A stretch of 64,000 nucleotides of DNA from Nemertoderma westbladi (taxonomy: Eukaryota; Animalia; Xenacoelomorpha): NCBI GenBank assembly GCA_032718475.1, contig JAUCBJ010002101.1:38257-102256 (forward strand), written 5' to 3'. Below are positions 59,461 through 64,000 of this stretch, piece after piece. Numbering within the stretch: position 1 is the first letter of the stretch; each line of letters starts with the position of its first letter. The position numbers and the translations under genes were made by a program. The notes under the pieces were generated by a model that saw only the letters and a program-made list of their open reading frames with translations, had not been told where the DNA came from and did not search any database.

Positions 59461-59749
59461 CTAACTCCCAGGAGGAAGGGAATGAGCTTATACATGAATG
59501 GGCTGTAATAGGAGAGGATACTGATCATTCTTCAGATGGTGAGGGTGATGAAGACTTGATAGACACATCCAATAGGATTTATGGAGGTGATCTACAGGCC
59601 AATGAGGGAGATTTGGCGAATCCTTTTGAGGATTACATTGTAGGAATTAATGATAACGATTGAGGATGATGAATCACCTTCAGTGGGCTTTGTCACTGGA
59701 TCCACCGTGCCTGTGTATGACATCTAATCGATTTATCAGAGGTATCTCA

Positions 59750-59970
59750 AGCGATACAGTCTCTATACTGGTACAACCGGTTAACAAGCCGAATACGAAA
59801 AGAAGATCAGTGTGTGCTATGAGAATCTATCACGAGCATAGAAGGATATGGGTGGGAAATTGGACGCAGGAATTCTTAGGCAAGTCCTACAGGACGCTGA
59901 GATGGACGAAATAGCAGCAAAGAGTACTGCTGCCCAGTCCGGCCGTGTGTACGAGTCAGAACCGATGGTT
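59750..59970 (+). pseudogene. Degraded paralog of exon 57449-57769
   Basis: CAMRIYHEHRRIWVG..DAG...VLQDAEMDEIAAKSTAA...EPM|gttagt matches CIMRLYHESKDIWVGNMDAG...QDAEVDEMAAESTAG...EPM|gttagt. Confidence 0.7.
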
Positions 59971-60091
59971 AGTCAAAATTATATCCCATATACAATTTCA
60001 CTGCACTGTATTGTGGTTCTGTTAATGTTACATATTGTTTGTATAAAAAAACAATTTGTAACAAATACAACGAAATATCTACCAAATATAT

Positions 60092-60490
60092 AATGTCCTC
60101 AGCAGTTAGAGCCCAGCATGGACTCTCGTTGACTTCCAAATCCTGGAAAGCCTATTCAAGGCTGCCCATGCCGTTCCCTTACGTATTCGAAGGTCCTCAC
60201 CTAAGTCATCCAAATGCTCAAGCATACCATCTTTTGAGCTTATGCTCATCCGATCAGAGACTTGCTGAGGACTTTCAAAGTTAACTGTCAAAATTTTGGT
60301 CTTTCTGGAGTTAATAAAAAGACCAACACTAGAAGCAGCATGTTCTAATGAGCTGAGGAGCCGTTGGTCTCCCTCTAGTGATTCTGAGAGTACTCCTAAG
60401 TCATCTGCAAAGTCTAGATCAGTTAGATACTTGGCAGGATTTCCTCGACTTTTGGAGCCAGTAGGTGGAGTTATCATCACCCCATCATCA
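60092..60490 (-). mobile_element. RTE-clade LINE fragment with internal deletions
   Basis: LTDLDFADDL (RT catalytic motif), VGLFIN..KTK, and DGMLEH..RIRKGTAWAALNRL shared with the 6601 and 18855 copies. Confidence 0.85.
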
Positions 60491-60824
60491 TTATAATTAT
60501 GATTATAATAATGAATTATTAAATAAATGGTAAAATAATAAATAGTAAATCATTTTTTGTAATTTTATTGTATTATTACGTAGGTAGGATGCTCTTTGAT
60601 GTAGCTAAATTTTACTGATGCTGCATCAATGTGATCGGCAAAATTCATAATTTCCAATTAAGATAAAATCCCATAAAATCCAATTTCATATTTCTTTGTC
60701 TGCTTCCACGTTACGTTCGATTTACCGAACAAGGTCAGGTATATATTAATATTAATCAATAACAATAACTATTTGGAAAGCAGGGCTTTTTTCAATGTCA
60801 TTTTAGTTTAGTAATATTCGACTA

Positions 60825-60945
60825 TTATTATATCAGAGTGGTTGAGTTTTGCACGTGTTGATAACTTCTAATACGAGCGAAACGAGTGCCAATATGCCAA
60901 AAAGTGTAAAACTCAACACACGAGAACAGAATATCTTAATTTTTC
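60825..60945. mobile_element. Possible Crypton-like non-autonomous terminus
   Basis: Inverted ttgagttttgcac / gtgtaaaactcaa arms around a cgagcgaaacgagtg motif, resembling the ends of invertebrate Crypton elements. No recombinase seen. Confidence 0.3.
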
Positions 60946-62364
60946 CTAAAAAGTGATTGAAAGAATGTTTTCCATTACGTTTTTATATCGAATATATTAT
61001 TTTATTTAAAACATTTAAATTAGGCCTACATGGCCTATGTAACAGACTGCCTTTTCATCAGTGTCAAAGTTTTAACAGCTTTAGCAACAGTTTTACTTTT
61101 ATTTTCTATTACCAATTTCCAGTTTTTACTTTCCTTTTTATTTATTACCAGACTTGACTTTACTTGCCATAACTTTGCGCTCGTTTGTAACTTGTTACGT
61201 TTGTAACTCGCAGACTTTACTTGCTTACTGGTTTTCTTCCCCATATCTTTATTATTAGTTTTAACATTCCAATTTTATCACCAGTTTTTAAATGCCTTTT
61301 TTTACCTGGTTTTTACTATTCATTTTTTCATTATTACCTATATAAGTTTTGACTTTCCTTTTTAATTATCATGATTTACTTGCCTATTTCTTACTGGTTT
61401 TTATTATCTTTTTCTTCAATACCAGTTTTTAATTTCCTTTTTTTTTCATTGGTTTTTCTTCCCATTTTTTTTTAATAATGCCTGGACTATCGCTAAGCAG
61501 CCTTATTGCTGCTCCGATTCGCCTCAGATTATACAATGTTATTTAATCTCTTGATAAATTGATATAATTACAGAATTATTATAGATAGATTTTGCAGATT
61601 GCAGTAGCAGTACCGGTACTGCAGCAAAACTGCAGTTTACAAAACCCTGTTCAGCACTCTCGCAATGGACAATACACATGTAAAACAAATTGCAGATGCG
61701 GCAGAATCATTAGTGAGAGCTATCATGTTTAACTGTGCCATGAGGGAAGATGATATGATTTGTGCAGATTCTTTTGATGGGACATATAATGAAACAAGGA
61801 TTTCAGTCTCTCTATGGCGCAGCTTTCGTAATTTCACAGAAAACTGGTCTAATATTGGGTTACAATATTTGTTCGAAATTTTGTAATGTTTGAGGTACCA
61901 GTATTGAGCTGGAACAGGAGGAATCTGTAGATCATGATTGTGGGATAAATATCAATTTGGGAAATTGTGGTTTTTTATTGTGGTTCTTCATACCTCTTCC
62001 ATCCGGTAGCCTAGGAGACCTTGGGCCGCCCTGGCCCTGAAACATCCGAGTTCCTGAAGGAGATCGGGGCAAGACTCCACTCTGTCACCCACTAGCCCCG
62101 ATCTCACCACTTCCTCCAGCGAAGGCTGGAAATCACCATCCTGGTCAGCAATGCGGCCTCCATTATGGGGACCATGGATCCCTCACTCATTAACAACAAG
62201 GAACTCCATGAGGGGTCTATACGCACGCAACGCCACTTTTACCACGCACTATTTCAAAACCGCGCACAACATGTTGCGATTTTTGCACTCCATTTGCAAC
62301 CTGGTATCGTACCCTTTACTAATGTACCGCGCATTCCTTGGAGACATTGAAGACAGTATTTGCC

Positions 62365-62585
62365 ATTCGCGCAGCACGTGAGTTATATGTTAGTAACTGT
62401 AGACACAGTATGCCCCTTCGCGCAGCACGTGAGTTACATCTAGTAACTGTAGACACAGTAAGGGTCTTCGCGCAGCATGCGAGTTACATGTTAGTAACTG
62501 TAGACACAGTCTGGCCCTTCGAGCAGCGCGTGAGTTACATCTAGTAACTGTAGACACGGTATGGCCCTTCGCGCAGCACGAGAGT
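62365..62585. repeat. 50-51-bp tandem repeat (~4.5 copies)
   Basis: ttcgcgcagcacgtgagttacat..agtaactgtagacacagt at about 62366, 62417, 62467, 62518 and 62568. Confidence 0.9.
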
Positions 62586-64000
62586 GTTGGGCCTTTCATG
62601 CTTTGGCATTATTCTGTAATAATATAGCCCTAACTATTTGATTGTTAAAGTTCAACTATTAGGCCCATTAAAGTAAAAAATTGAATTGAATTTTATTAGA
62701 TTTTATTATGGATCAATCTACCGGTAGTTATCCGTGGCCATACTATCCCTACCACCCGCCACCTTTTTACATAAATCCTTCCTACCCTCATCCTCTCAAC
62801 CCCCATCCTCCCAACCCCCATCCTTCCAAGCCGAAACCTCTCAACCCCCATCTTTCCAACCCCCATCCTAAACGTAAACGAAGGAAAGGAAAGAAAGGAG
62901 GAGGTGGTACCTCCATACCATCCAAAAGGAAGAATGTTTTCCATTACGTTTTTATATCGAATATATTATTTTATTTAAAACATTTAAATTAGGCCTACAT
63001 GGCCTATGTAACAGACTGCCTTTTCATCAGTGTCAAAGTTTGGCTACATTTTGAATTACATTGAATTACATTACATTGAATGCCTCCTTATCTGTCCCTT
63101 CCATATTATTGTATTTATTATCTGCACATTTCACAAACTCCATATATGTCCCATACTGCAGAATATCTACTCGAATCTCCATCACATATAACAGATTTAA
63201 ATCGTAGTCCATGTTCCATTCCTGTTTCCAATTAATTTTACTTGCTTGATATTGCTCTGTCAACATAATTCGTTCAACTCAAAATTATATTTAAGAGACC
63301 GGATCATGCTGAATATGGTTGTTTAAATAAAATGCGTTCCTATTATGTTATTTTTATTATAATTAGCAACCATGCACTAGACAAATTATCCCATATAGTG
63401 TTGCTAAGGAAATGATTGCTTATTTGATCTGGAATGCAATGCTATTTTGTTTATATATGTGTGTGTGTGTTGTTGAATCTTACATATTAGTTTCTTTTTT
63501 CTTATATTTTTACTCTTCTATCTATTATTTTTAAATTATTTAGGTGCCCAATTCAACGCGTTAGTTCCGCCAGGTCGCGGACGATCTTGACCGGAATGTG
63601 GTGGAGATACCTAACCACCCACTGGCGCAGTTCTCTACGGTTGCTACGGCTGCGGGCTGGGGTATTTCAGCCCCTTATCTCAAACAGCACGTGGTGGACT
63701 TTATGTCTCTCCGAACGGCCAAGTATTCGTCGCAGTGGCTCTTCCGTATGGAAGGGCCGCAATCATTCACTGCCTATTTACTGTCACTGACATCGTCGGA
63801 TGATTGCCAGCAGGTTAACAACATCAACCTAGAGGCGATATGAGATATGGAAGAGATGGAGATAAATGTCCATCGTGCGCAGCACCGAAATGCGCCGAGT
63901 TGTTACTGCGCGCCCCCAAGGAGACGAGGTGTGGCCATACATATCAGTGTGGACGGCGAGTGATACGTCGCGTTTGTTCCGAGGTCGATTTCGACCCAGT

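Noticed and set aside
61050-61065. CTGATGA on the minus strand (also at ~63025)
   Set aside because: No stem II or GAAA follows.

Overview
AT-rich eukaryotic (probably invertebrate) DNA that is almost entirely a nested transposon graveyard, with no clear housekeeping gene. Recognisable elements: (1) an ~8.9-kb TIR-bounded Sola-type DNA transposon (8532-17416) whose transposase core is tandemly triplicated in frame and which carries a 49-bp E-box minisatellite; (2) a Mag-like Ty3/Gypsy element with identical 89-bp LTRs and a CCTAT TSD (47013-51853), inserted into the Rep domain of a divergent Helitron-like element; (3) at least three remnants of a large, divergent Helitron-like Rep/helicase family, one preceded by an OTU domain; (4) piggyBac, EnSpm/CACTA, hAT-MITE, Penelope, RTE, CR1-like, BEL/Pao and LTR-integrase relics, plus a tRNA-derived SINE. 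The most notable observations are a retrozyme-like non-coding insertion made of two direct repeats, each with a hammerhead-ribozyme core and a loop-loop pseudoknot (53225-54403); an intronless BAF-like ORF abutting transposase- and integrase-like relics (33320-33649); the concatemeric transposase; and a five-exon, all-phase-0 open gene segment hidden among the Helitron debris (56449-58337). All family calls come from motif recognition by eye, not from database searches.
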